Source: a virus. Taken from it: 64,000 bases of DNA. Every line of letters begins with the position of its first letter. The stretch's first letter is position 1. The notes beneath the pieces were generated by a model. It ran no database searches. It was not told the DNA's origin and saw nothing but the letters and a program-made list of their open reading frames with translations. The translations under genes were made by a program, and so were the position numbers. Positions 30,532-40,460 of this stretch are shown piece after piece. The stretch covers positions 90,760 to 154,759 of IMG/VR virus record IMGVR_UViG_3300025519_000001. One strand, given 5' to 3'.

Positions 30532-30612
30532 TCTCTCAAAAAATAAACAAGGGAAGGTGATGAGAGAGTCACCTTATCATATAGAACCGCGTATTCTATA
30601 CTATCCCTTGTT
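30532..30612 (-). ncRNA. Three-way-junction + pseudoknot RNA element, copy 1 (5' of glycosyltransferase cassette)
   Basis: P1 AACAAGGGA/TCCCTTGTT, P2 TATAGAA/TTCTATA, junction TGATAA, P3 GGTGA/TCACC; loop CTCTCTCA complementary to TGAGAGA just 3' of P1. Confidence 0.6.
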
Positions 30613-30630
30613 AAATTAAAATTTTATTTT

Positions 30631-31395
30631 TTAATTGTCATAAATCGTTAAATCATACATAGCCTGACGACCATCTGGTAATTGAGTTGATAGAATATCA
30701 AATACCATTTCAATAGTCGTAGGATCTCCTGAATTAGCTCCACTTAAGGTAAATGTCGGTTGCGCCTTAGCTTTAAAGATATTGAATTGTCCATCCACAA
30801 CCTTATTAGCAAAACGGTCTGTAAAGAACGCTTCAACGACAAGTTTTGTGTAGGGAGGGAATTTACCTGCATCAACCTGAATTGTATAAGTGTCGTTTGT
30901 GGTTTGCCACTGATAGAAAACTTGAACTTCTTCTCCAGCAGAAACAGTCAAAGGATCAAGTTCAATTTCGTTGCCATTTACCCCTAAAACTCCAACAGGG
31001 GTTGTAATAACACCATTCACAAATTTAAATACTGCCGGTAAAACATCTGATGGTGTTTTACCAAGAGTTATAATCAAATCACCAGCGACATTTTTAACCT
31101 GACCATTTTCTACTTCATAAATATCCGTTTGACCTTTAATAATTTCGGAGCCAGTCATAACAGCAATTGAAGATAGCGTAAAAATTTGACTAGAAATAGT
31201 GAGCGTAGCTGTTTTAGCCCCATTAAATGTCAAAACACGGGGACCGCCGCGTCCGCCAGTGGCATACACAGTATCGGCACCATTTTGAAGTGACACACTG
31301 TTTACAAAATCGAGATAAATAAGAGGAGTGCTATTCTCAAGATTAATAACTTGAGTATACATCACTTCTCTCAAACCATATTGACCTAATTCCAT
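30631..31395 (-). CDS. Major tail tube protein
   Basis: YATGGRGG, FPPY.K, IFKAK....FTLS....GDP....M.FDIL; position after tail terminator. Confidence 0.75.
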   Translation of the reverse strand: MELGQYGLREVMYTQVINLENSTPLIYLDFVNSVSLQNGADTVYATGGRGGPRVLTFNGAKTATLTISSQIFTLSSIAVMTGSEIIKGQTDIYEVENGQVKNVAGDLIITLGKTPSDVLPAVFKFVNGVITTPVGVLGVNGNEIELDPLTVSAGEEVQVFYQWQTTNDTYTIQVDAGKFPPYTKLVVEAFFTDRFANKVVDGQFNIFKAKAQPTFTLSGANSGDPTTIEMVFDILSTQLPDGRQAMYDLTIYDN

Positions 31396-31444
31396 TTATA
31401 AATCCTCCTTATTTTGAGAAAAATAAAAACCTCTCAAAGAGAGG

Positions 31445-32176
31445 TTAAAAATTAGTTCTAACAATCCAATCTTCCAATTTAGTTCCTTCTTTTAACGAAA
31501 ATGTATTAGCCCACAAAGCCAACATTCGCTTATGATTTTCCATAATATTTACTCTTTCAAAATGCTCATAAACTTGATAAACAGTAAGCTTTCCCACATT
31601 AAAGATATTAATACCATTTCCTTCTGCGTTACACAAAACAGACAGCATATCTTTAAGTTCAAATTCTTTTTTCTTCATCATAGCCTTTTTTCGATTCATG
31701 TGTTGTTCATATTTTTTCTTTACTCTATCATTTTTAAACTGTAATTTTTCTTTTTCTTGGTTTATACCGTTTATTTTTTTTATTACATTTATAATCTGCT
31801 TATAATTTTCTTTTTGAATTAAAACGTGTTTATTTGAAATAAATATTTTTGATATATTATCAAATTTTACTTCTTCTTTTGTAAAAAACGAATAGGCACT
31901 TGCAATATATCCAGCAATCATATCATTTAATGTCAAAACATCATAATCGTCTAATTGCTCAATTTGCTTATATTCTTCATCTGATACCTGATATAATTGT
32001 TTGAAAATATTTTCCTTATCGAACATTGCAAAATTTAAATGCACATGATACATTATTTCGCCAATTTCGCTAATCTCATCAATAGTAGGGGAATAAAACA
32101 AAACTCCATTAAATTCAACTGGCTTACCTAAAAATAAAGTTAGGCGATCAATAACCATAGACAAATCACCTAACAT
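31445..32176 (-). CDS. Conserved tail-module protein of SPbeta-like phages
   Basis: YSPTIDEI..IGE, LTVYQ.YE.F motifs; synteny. Confidence 0.55.
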   Translation of the reverse strand: MLGDLSMVIDRLTLFLGKPVEFNGVLFYSPTIDEISEIGEIMYHVHLNFAMFDKENIFKQLYQVSDEEYKQIEQLDDYDVLTLNDMIAGYIASAYSFFTKEEVKFDNISKIFISNKHVLIQKENYKQIINVIKKINGINQEKEKLQFKNDRVKKKYEQHMNRKKAMMKKKEFELKDMLSVLCNAEGNGINIFNVGKLTVYQVYEHFERVNIMENHKRMLALWANTFSLKEGTKLEDWIVRTNF

Positions 32177-32645
32177 TAAATTCTTTCGGTAAATAGCAAA
32201 TTGTTGAACCTTGAAACATATCGTTTACAACAATGTCATCTAAATAACCAAATTCTAATTGTCCTAAACCTAACAAGCTTCGTTTCCGATTCATCAATTG
32301 ATCTATTTTATTTATTATAAAATCAACTCTAGTTGCATTATAATCTGTTCTAAATAAATCACGATGTGTAAAAACATTTAAACAGAATCTTTCAGATTTA
32401 ATGGTCGAAGATGATGCAGTAATCCTTCCAAACGTCAAAGTAATAAAGGTTTTTTGAGTTTGGGCGGCATCAGGAATAAACCTAAAAGGAAAAATATTAT
32501 TATAAATTAATAATGAAGTGTCAAAATCATCTTGATCTAAAAAATTTTGATTATTGTAATAAACTGCCTTGCATAAATCCATGTCACTAATTAATATTTC
32601 TACAACTTTCTCTTTATATTTAGACAATTCTTCCAAAAAGGCCAT
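32166..32645 (-). CDS. Probable tail terminator
   Basis: IFPFRFIPD, R.D.I...ID, GLGQLEF; synteny. Confidence 0.55.
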   Translation of the reverse strand: MAFLEELSKYKEKVVEILISDMDLCKAVYYNNQNFLDQDDFDTSLLIYNNIFPFRFIPDAAQTQKTFITLTFGRITASSSTIKSERFCLNVFTHRDLFRTDYNATRVDFIINKIDQLMNRKRSLLGLGQLEFGYLDDIVVNDMFQGSTICYLPKEFNVR

Positions 32646-32661
32646 TCCTAATCACCTCCCA

Positions 32662-33918
32662 TCAAAATAAGCCCTTTATCTGAATTCGTTTGAATGAAAT
32701 GACAGTTTCATCATCTATTAATCTTGCTTGCAATTGAACATACCCATACTGTTGATTATTATTTGCTTTTATGGTACAGCTTGTACCCGTTTGTAGCGTA
32801 ATTAAAGCTAATGCTGTAGAACTTGATTTATCATCAGCCAATAATGACCATTCTACTGATTTACTATTATCAACAACACCATTGTTTCTTACTTCTGCTG
32901 TGTATGTTTGAGTTTGATTGGATTTACACACATCAGAACCGGAAATAGTAATAACATAATTATCTTCAGCAACAGCATTGACTTGGATATTGATTTTACT
33001 AAATACCTTATTATCATCTGTCAAAGAAGCAGTAATCACCACATTACCTTCGGACAAACAAACAATAAGTCCGTTTTCATCAACAGTAGCAATAGATTCA
33101 TCAGAACTTTCAAATTCAATAGGTTTATCTACAACAATTCCATTATCAATAACTTGAACATTTAATTGAGTAATATCGCCAACAGACAGTTGAATAAAAT
33201 CCCCATTTAAAATTTTAATAATCTTCTCGTGAACGCTATTATAGTAATCGGCAATCCTAAGTTCCACATTATCTCTAGCAGGATCAATCTGATGCTCTTC
33301 AAGTGTTAAGGTTATGATGCCGTCAACAAGACGGTCAATATTCAATGTTCTCCAAGCACGACCATCAAAAATGAATCGCTGCTCTTTCTTAATCAATTCA
33401 GTAAATTGATTATTCTGAATCGTAATTTGCCGTCTTTCGCTAGGCATAATTAGAACTTGCCCATCATTTAACCCGAGAACAGATGAATTTGTGCTTAGTT
33501 GACAGAATTGTGCTTCTCGAATATCTCCATTCTCATCAAGCCACTTAATAGATGAAAAGCAACGCATTGCAGTTCCACGGCTATAAATATCACCTAAATT
33601 TTTATCTGCGATATAAGTTAGATAGTATTGATCCATATCAGGCCAATAAAATAAATATCCACTATCTAATTCTTGCGATGGGTGAGATATAAATTGCTTT
33701 TGAAACTTTGAATCACTATCATCAAGTATCCACACTTCTAGCGGAGTAGACGAAAGTGGAGTAGAAGGGAGATATGCATCTACCCGATAATATGATGGAC
33801 TAGCGAAAAAATCAGATTCAATAGACCTTTTCGTTAATGCAATACGAGAATCCCTTGGAGTTGATTTTTGAACGGATAATATGGCATTATAAGCATCATA
33901 ATATCCCATAATTCTCAA
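32662..33918 (-). CDS. Head-closure-like protein with Ig-like (Big_2) domains
   Basis: FESSDESIATVDENGLI...EGNVVITA. Confidence 0.65.
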   Translation of the reverse strand: MRIMGYYDAYNAILSVQKSTPRDSRIALTKRSIESDFFASPSYYRVDAYLPSTPLSSTPLEVWILDDSDSKFQKQFISHPSQELDSGYLFYWPDMDQYYLTYIADKNLGDIYSRGTAMRCFSSIKWLDENGDIREAQFCQLSTNSSVLGLNDGQVLIMPSERRQITIQNNQFTELIKKEQRFIFDGRAWRTLNIDRLVDGIITLTLEEHQIDPARDNVELRIADYYNSVHEKIIKILNGDFIQLSVGDITQLNVQVIDNGIVVDKPIEFESSDESIATVDENGLIVCLSEGNVVITASLTDDNKVFSKINIQVNAVAEDNYVITISGSDVCKSNQTQTYTAEVRNNGVVDNSKSVEWSLLADDKSSSTALALITLQTGTSCTIKANNNQQYGYVQLQARLIDDETVISFKRIQIKGLF

Positions 33919-34370
33919 CTCCCTTCGGGATTATAGTTTTTATAACTGTACTGAATCATCAGTCCATTGGCACGTTCCATAATGCTATCGCGTTCATCCA
34001 TTTTTGCTTTTAAATTTTGCGATTCAGCATAACGTTTAAAATCTGAATTTGACAAAGCCAATCTCATTTGCTCAATATTATTTACTTCTCTGTCCATCCA
34101 ATGATATTGCATAAGAGTTGCAAGAATCTCTTGCTCTATACCATTTAAATCAACATTGAAAATTTGTGCATCATCATCTCGATCTTCTAAGTCTTTTTGA
34201 CAATACACAAAAAATGGAATTGCGCTAATCAAAAAACCCTTTAAAAAAGATTCATAAGAATCAACAGATTTTTGATATAAAGCATCAAGATTGTAATCTT
34301 GAACTTTTGTTGAGAAACGAGAATAAATTGTCTGATAGGGTGTCATAAATAGCCCCCTATAATCATACAC
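33915..34370 (-). CDS. Head-tail adaptor
   Basis: TPY..IY.RF, FN.DL...E.EILA..M...W, DFK.Y; synteny. Confidence 0.6.
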   Translation of the reverse strand: MYDYRGLFMTPYQTIYSRFSTKVQDYNLDALYQKSVDSYESFLKGFLISAIPFFVYCQKDLEDRDDDAQIFNVDLNGIEQEILATLMQYHWMDREVNNIEQMRLALSNSDFKRYAESQNLKAKMDERDSIMERANGLMIQYSYKNYNPEGS

Positions 34371-35025
34371 TTAATTCCATTGCTAATTGATAAATATCTG
34401 TGCCAACATGATCACTTAATACAGCTAATTTGTTACGATCAAGATATTTAGGATTACCCTTTGCAATCTCAGTGATAAATTGATGTACAATTGCTTGCAG
34501 TTGAACCTTAGTAACTTTTTTAAGTAATTCTTCCAAATAAATTGCGCTTGTATTTACAATTTGCTCAATATCGCTTCTGTTTAACAAATTTTTATAATCA
34601 TTTTCAAGATATAATGCCTTAACTGCCTTTTCGTTCAAAATAATAAAGGCTCCATCCCTTGCGAGATCTGGATGGTTGTTAACTATATAACGCAAATCTT
34701 CAAAAGAAACTGTAATACTATTGCCAAAATCAGGGATTCTCACAATATGATGAAGAGCACGAAGATTTAGTCCGCCGACTGTTAAACTTACAAGTCTAAT
34801 TCGAGCAGTAGGAGAGATGTCTATTTCTTCTTCAATATCTGAATAGATACTCTTTTTATAATTATCTTTTTGTTCTTCTTGATTATTATTTGATTTATTA
34901 GCTTCTATAAGCGATTGAACAAGTTGTTTTAATTGTTCAATTTCATTTTTCATACTTTCCTTTTCAGGATCAACTTGAACAGTATCTTGTACTTGATTTT
35001 CAATTTTTGTTTTTTGTGTAGCCAT
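34363..35025 (-). CDS. Conserved protein downstream of capsid gene
   Basis: 220-aa ORF with SD; synteny. Confidence 0.55.
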   Translation of the reverse strand: MATQKTKIENQVQDTVQVDPEKESMKNEIEQLKQLVQSLIEANKSNNNQEEQKDNYKKSIYSDIEEEIDISPTARIRLVSLTVGGLNLRALHHIVRIPDFGNSITVSFEDLRYIVNNHPDLARDGAFIILNEKAVKALYLENDYKNLLNRSDIEQIVNTSAIYLEELLKKVTKVQLQAIVHQFITEIAKGNPKYLDRNKLAVLSDHVGTDIYQLAMELSV

Positions 35026-35051
35026 CGTTTGATTCTCCCTTTTGATAAAAT

Positions 35052-35076
35052 AAAGAGGAGGATTGCTCCTCCTCTA
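35052..35076 (-). terminator. Terminator after major capsid gene
   Basis: AGAGGAGGA-(4 nt)-TCCTCCTCT followed by T-rich run on minus strand. Confidence 0.65.
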
Positions 35077-35097
35077 ACTTTTATTTTTTACAAATTA

Positions 35098-36213
35098 TTA
35101 AGAAATGTTTTGCCATAGAGCATAACGGCCAGAAGTGACGATCTTCATATCCCACTTCTTATAAATAGTGTAATCCATGCTATTATCAGCGTTTTGATTG
35201 ATGTCACTTTGAGTGATAACTGTTTCTCCTTCAAAGCCAATTTTAACAAGTTGCTTAGAAGGAGCAGACACAATTACAACCGTTTGATTATCAATTGCAA
35301 ACTCATCGGTATTAGGAATGAGACGTTGTTCGAGAGCGAACAGATCCGTACCTTGGAAGTTAGTTAGATAACCAGTACGGTTGTACTCTTCTCCAAGTCC
35401 AAAACGGAAATACTGATCTGCAGGAACAATTTTCGATAACGCATATCGAGTGCCAAATGCAGAAGCCTTAGAACCAAGATTGAACGCAGTTACACGGTCA
35501 ACAAGATTGATAAATTTACCTTGGTCGAATGCGCCAGTTTCCTTATATTTGGCTCCAAGAGAAGAATAACTACCGAAAATAGCGTCTGCAATTTCAACAG
35601 TAATTTCAGTTTCAATACTGCCAACGATACGCATAGCGAAGTCGCCCCAGTTAACCTTACCAGCAAGAATACGGTACATGTCTTCACCAGCAGTAATCCG
35701 ATGGCCTACAGGATTTAGAACTACGTCCGTGCCAAGAATACGTTGACGAACACCAGTCTTAATACCGTCAGCAGCCTTAGAAACAACGAATAAATCATTG
35801 GAAGGAACATTGAATACAAGATTATCTCCCCAACCAACATTTTTTACTTCAGAGAATTGATAAAAATCTTCAAGTACAGTTTCAGGAATAATAATATCAA
35901 TCATTTGGCTAATAACTGCAAAAGTAGCCATTTTTACAGTTGGGTGCATAGCTGCATAGGTTTCGCCAATAGGAGAATCCACACCTAGTCCAGCCATCTT
36001 ATTTGCAAATGCACGAAGGCTCTTATTGAAAATTGCTTCCTTTTCTTGATACTTGCCTTGAGCATATTGAGAATATTTACTTTTGATTTCAGGATTTTGA
36101 ACCGTATCATGACGATAGTGATAGAAAAGTTCTACTCCAGCTTGAACAATTTCCTTAAAGTCATTAGGCATAGAATAGTATGCTTTGTTAAAACGTTGTA
36201 CTTTGTTTAGCAT
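35098..36213 (-). CDS. Major capsid protein
   Basis: 371 aa after protease and decoration genes; F.EVKNV.WGD...F.V, VKIGFEG motifs; followed by terminator. Confidence 0.8.
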   Translation of the reverse strand: MLNKVQRFNKAYYSMPNDFKEIVQAGVELFYHYRHDTVQNPEIKSKYSQYAQGKYQEKEAIFNKSLRAFANKMAGLGVDSPIGETYAAMHPTVKMATFAVISQMIDIIIPETVLEDFYQFSEVKNVGWGDNLVFNVPSNDLFVVSKAADGIKTGVRQRILGTDVVLNPVGHRITAGEDMYRILAGKVNWGDFAMRIVGSIETEITVEIADAIFGSYSSLGAKYKETGAFDQGKFINLVDRVTAFNLGSKASAFGTRYALSKIVPADQYFRFGLGEEYNRTGYLTNFQGTDLFALEQRLIPNTDEFAIDNQTVVIVSAPSKQLVKIGFEGETVITQSDINQNADNSMDYTIYKKWDMKIVTSGRYALWQNIS

Positions 36214-36249
36214 TTTGTATATTCCTCCAATATGTATAATTTACTTTAA

Positions 36250-36762
36250 TTAAAGTGAGCGAACACAAAGTAGACGATAAGCTGTTTTACGATTTTGACC
36301 GACAGTAATAGTTGTCTGTGCAATAACTTCAAAAGCAATTAACGTATTGCCTGAAAGATCGTCAGCAGGAGCAAAAGTCAATTGACCATTCGCAGGAACC
36401 GCATATTTACCAACAGTTGGAGTGCTAGAAAATCCTTCGGTAGTAAGAGTAATATCGTCGCCAACTTTAAGATGGATTGCACGAGTGGGACGATTAGCCG
36501 GATTAACGAAATTAGATACATCAGTTAGTGGTACACGAAGACCATTAACCTCGATAATTTCAGGACCATGTACAAGAAGAACCTCTTGTTTAGTAACGTC
36601 AGCTACAGGAGTAGCTGCATAAACATCATTCTGACCACTTACTAGACCAGCGAGAGCAACAAGGCTACCATTAGGCATATCAAAAGGTGCCTGAACATCC
36701 TTGTTGTAAGATTCAACATTTTTAGCAGCATATTTGCCAACATTAAGTACCGTATAAGCCAT
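36250..36762 (-). CDS. Head decoration/cement protein
   Basis: NGSLVAL.GL, L.VGD.I.LT; sits between scaffold and capsid. Confidence 0.65.
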   Translation of the reverse strand: MAYTVLNVGKYAAKNVESYNKDVQAPFDMPNGSLVALAGLVSGQNDVYAATPVADVTKQEVLLVHGPEIIEVNGLRVPLTDVSNFVNPANRPTRAIHLKVGDDITLTTEGFSSTPTVGKYAVPANGQLTFAPADDLSGNTLIAFEVIAQTTITVGQNRKTAYRLLCVRSL

Positions 36763-36781
36763 TTTTTACATTTCTCCTTTA

Positions 36782-38755
36782 TTATTCTTTTTCAAATTTA
36801 TTTTTTAGTCTTGAGAAAACATCAGATTCATCTTGTGACTTATCCTCTGTTTTCTCAATAAATGCAAAGCGTTTTTCAGATTTATCATTACCAATAAATT
36901 CTTTAATCTTTGAGAAAGCAGCAAGTTTAAATTCTTTTTCAAATGACTCATAAGAATCACATTCTTTACCTTTGTTGCGCCATTCATCAATTTCTTCAAC
37001 AGAGAAAAACTTAGAATTTTCTTCAATTAACGAATCAACTTTTTCATTTTTCTCTTGTTCAAGTTTAAACGCTTTAAACTCAGAAAGTTCTGCTAATTGT
37101 GCTTTAAGTTGTTCAATTTCAGCATTTGCAGATTCTAGTTTAGATATAGCTACAAATGCAGTATCTTGATGTTCTTGTAATTTTGCTTCGCATTCTTGTT
37201 TTAGAGAAGCAATTTGTGCTTCATATTCTTGTTTTGTAGATTCGTGCTGTTGTTTGATAGCGGAAAATTTTTCTTTTGCTTCACTGTCAATTTTACGAGC
37301 ATAATCTTGAACAGAGTCAATGATTACATCATTGTCGTAGTCAGGATCATCCTCAACGCCACCTTCCCAATCAACAGGCGTATATTTAATACGAGTTGCG
37401 CTAGAATAATCAATCTTAATATTGTCACCTTCGACAGTGTAAGAAAGTTTCATATCCATGCAATCGTTAGCAAAGTCAACAACATATACGAATGATTCAT
37501 CATAATCTTTAAGGAAAAAACGAGGACGCTCTACTAATTGACCAGTCCACCAATCTTCGGTTTTATATGTTACCTCACTTAAAACTCTGTTGAACTCATC
37601 AAACATTTGACCAGCAGTTAGTTTGAATTTTGTTAATAGGTCTTTTTTAGACAAACTGTCTCCCTCCTTTGTGAAATTTGATGTGTCCAAGCCTAGTTTT
37701 CGATAAATTTTTTTCAATTTATCAATTGGAGAACCAGATGTGATTCCCTCCTGATGTAATCTCTGTAGAGCGGCTTGAACTCCATTGATGTTATATACAA
37801 GTTTGCCATTTTTGATTTGGCAAACTGGGTATTTTAAATGATTAGAGGGAGCGTCCTCCCATCCACCTTCAACTATGAGATAACATTTAGTGACGAGGGT
37901 TTTATAATTGGATGCTTTAAGGATATCGTTTCGAAGCTTGGTCTTATCAACATCTCCCCATGCATCGTTTGAAGCAGCCTCTTTGGACAGATCAATTTCG
38001 ATTTTCTCTCCAGTACCCCAGTCTTCTTTTTTGAGAAAATTTTCTTTATTAGACACCTTGCTCTCACCTCCTTCAAGTGATTTAGAAGCCTTATTTGAAA
38101 AATAAACATTAAATTCTTCGAACATAGTTTTAAGATGCTTATTGAAATTTTTCATATTAAATTTTTCTATAGTTGAAAATGGAATTCCGGGTTCCACATC
38201 ATTTCCTAAAACACACAATCCGTCGAAGACAGCAGAAGTAAAGTGAAATAATTTATCATTTTCATCAATATATCCTTCGCAATTTGTTAGTTCCATTGAA
38301 TGCTTCTTAGACCAGCCGTCACGTTCGAATATATCAATAACGTCTGACCATTTTTTCCACAAGTAAACCACACAAGTCAAATATTCTCGTGTAACTCCGT
38401 CTGGACACAGTTTAAACTCAAAATTCCATTCAGGATCGGCGGGTACTAGCCCATATGCGAATCCCAAGTACTTAAATTTATAATCTGTTTCCCCACTATC
38501 AGGATCAACAATTTTAATCAAATCTTCCTCATGAGCACGAAAATCAATTTCATTAAATTGATTTTTGCCAATAAATCCGGTAAGAGGGGTATAAGGAAGG
38601 GTTTCAGCCATCTTTGATAAAACATCTTTTGAAAAATAAGAAGCGTTATAATTCTCCCCAACATTTGCGATATAAACCTTCATTTTTATAAATTTATCTA
38701 ATGAATCTTCTATTTTTTCAAACCTTACAGGTATAATGTTTCGATTGTTATCCAA
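36782..38755 (-). CDS. Prohead protease-scaffold fusion with internal starts
   Basis: G.NYN.S.F, AYG.VP, YLWK, HSMEL, GLCVLG..VEP protease region; acidic coiled-coil C-term. Confidence 0.8.
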   Translation of the reverse strand: MDNNRNIIPVRFEKIEDSLDKFIKMKVYIANVGENYNASYFSKDVLSKMAETLPYTPLTGFIGKNQFNEIDFRAHEEDLIKIVDPDSGETDYKFKYLGFAYGLVPADPEWNFEFKLCPDGVTREYLTCVVYLWKKWSDVIDIFERDGWSKKHSMELTNCEGYIDENDKLFHFTSAVFDGLCVLGNDVEPGIPFSTIEKFNMKNFNKHLKTMFEEFNVYFSNKASKSLEGGESKVSNKENFLKKEDWGTGEKIEIDLSKEAASNDAWGDVDKTKLRNDILKASNYKTLVTKCYLIVEGGWEDAPSNHLKYPVCQIKNGKLVYNINGVQAALQRLHQEGITSGSPIDKLKKIYRKLGLDTSNFTKEGDSLSKKDLLTKFKLTAGQMFDEFNRVLSEVTYKTEDWWTGQLVERPRFFLKDYDESFVYVVDFANDCMDMKLSYTVEGDNIKIDYSSATRIKYTPVDWEGGVEDDPDYDNDVIIDSVQDYARKIDSEAKEKFSAIKQQHESTKQEYEAQIASLKQECEAKLQEHQDTAFVAISKLESANAEIEQLKAQLAELSEFKAFKLEQEKNEKVDSLIEENSKFFSVEEIDEWRNKGKECDSYESFEKEFKLAAFSKIKEFIGNDKSEKRFAFIEKTEDKSQDESDVFSRLKNKFEKE

Positions 38756-38836
38756 TATCTCACCTCCTTTAAAGTGTTTTAAAATTAAAACGAAAATGAC
38801 TTTGACCAGTATCTTTGGGTAAATATTTATTTGATT

Positions 38837-40420
38837 TTAGCGAATATTTGATTCATTATCTCGTGTTGCTTCTGAATTTTCATTCTCTAAATCGTCAGAT
38901 TGTGGTCTACCATTCTTCTTGTTTGAAACAGTATGAGCAGAGACAAGTGGTTGCATTTTCTCACGCATCCCAAGCGCTGATTCAAGATTAAGCATATTGA
39001 TAAACTCTTGTTGAGTTCTTCCTTGTGCAACCGCGACATAACTAATTGGAGCACCAAATTGAATAAGTTTCATTGCTCTTTCAATACGATCTTCGCGATC
39101 AAAAATTGTTCCTTCAAAATGTATTCTCCATTGGTATTTTCCACTAATCTCTTTGAATTTGTAATTATAAAACCTAGCGAATTGACGATACAAATGGGTC
39201 ACAAATGTTTCATCTGTTCGTAAAGAAGCTTTCATCGTTGAGGCATTCATTCTGTCTCCGCTAAATAGAAGGGAAGTTGTACCAGAAGTATCCCAAAACT
39301 CTTTGTTACCAAGACCAACAATACTATCTTTTGTTTCTGCCTGATTAAGATTGATTGCTTCAATTTCCATCGGAGAAGTGACAATACGAATTCCTTGCTG
39401 AATTACATTTTGAATTGCAGCCATATATTTGCCTGCGGTTTCAGGATGTATGGAAAAATTATCCTTCTTGTTAGTTTTATTTTCACTTTTTTCCAAAGGA
39501 ATTTTTGCAACAAGGAGTTTATATACATCTAAAGCTGTTTTGCTTTTAAGTAATTCTTTAAACGTAGCAATTTCATTAGCATCTAAAAATAAACCTGCAT
39601 ACACAGGAGTTTGTCCAACACGATTCTGATCATATTTAAAAACAACAGCGCGTGATGGGTCTAAAGTTTGCCAATAAAACCATCTACGCTCTTTAAATTT
39701 ATTTTTATTATTTTTATAGTCTTCCCCATTAATAAAATTATCAAAATAAACTTTGAACTCAGGAGGGAAATCATCAAGTGAAATGCCGGGACGTAAGAAA
39801 TAGGTGAGATCGAAAGCATACTCATAACCCATTTCGCCTTTTTTCCATATTTTGCAGTAATCACTCGGAAGTTCCTTGAAATAATATCCATTTTCACCTT
39901 CGCAGAGATACATAAACTTTGCATCTTCAAGTAACATACCTTGTACAATATCAGGGAGATGCATCTTCGGATCTAAGTCATACATAAATTGTGTAACTCT
40001 TTTCAATGACTTTAAAAATGCTGGTTTTGTCATTTCATCAGGATCAACTCCGATTGGCTCTAAAAGCCAATCAAAGGTTAACATCTCGGACATATAAATA
40101 ATGAGTCGTTTCATCTGCATCGTTATATCGAAAAGATATTGACTTAGTTCTCTAAGTTCTTTTTCATGCGCTCTAGGATTGGCGATAAGTTCTTTTATGC
40201 GATCTCTTGAAAACTTCTGAGGATGCATGTTTATATCCTTAAGGATCTCATTCGTCCAAATAGGATTGAATAACCATGCAGCATTGCCACTCATCATGTT
40301 TTGCATTGCAGAAAAAAATTTCTTTGCATAATCTTCGCCAACAAAATTTTCATTCTGAACATTTTTATTTTCGTTTTCTTTTTTTGCGTTTGCATTCTTT
40401 CGTGGTCTTCCTCTAGGCAA
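38837..40420 (-). CDS. Portal protein
   Basis: 527 aa after TerL; ELP.DYCKI, AFDL.YF, C-term PL.S.HT.S...GRP. Confidence 0.8.
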   Translation of the reverse strand: MPRGRPRKNANAKKENENKNVQNENFVGEDYAKKFFSAMQNMMSGNAAWLFNPIWTNEILKDINMHPQKFSRDRIKELIANPRAHEKELRELSQYLFDITMQMKRLIIYMSEMLTFDWLLEPIGVDPDEMTKPAFLKSLKRVTQFMYDLDPKMHLPDIVQGMLLEDAKFMYLCEGENGYYFKELPSDYCKIWKKGEMGYEYAFDLTYFLRPGISLDDFPPEFKVYFDNFINGEDYKNNKNKFKERRWFYWQTLDPSRAVVFKYDQNRVGQTPVYAGLFLDANEIATFKELLKSKTALDVYKLLVAKIPLEKSENKTNKKDNFSIHPETAGKYMAAIQNVIQQGIRIVTSPMEIEAINLNQAETKDSIVGLGNKEFWDTSGTTSLLFSGDRMNASTMKASLRTDETFVTHLYRQFARFYNYKFKEISGKYQWRIHFEGTIFDREDRIERAMKLIQFGAPISYVAVAQGRTQQEFINMLNLESALGMREKMQPLVSAHTVSNKKNGRPQSDDLENENSEATRDNESNIR

Positions 40421-40460
40421 TATATTACCTCCTTTCTTTTGTTATTAAAATATAATTTAT

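Noticed and set aside
30546-30612. Hammerhead ribozyme reading of the three-way element
   Set aside because: TGATAAG resembles CUGANGA but the required GAAA strand is missing, and copy 2 lacks the core.
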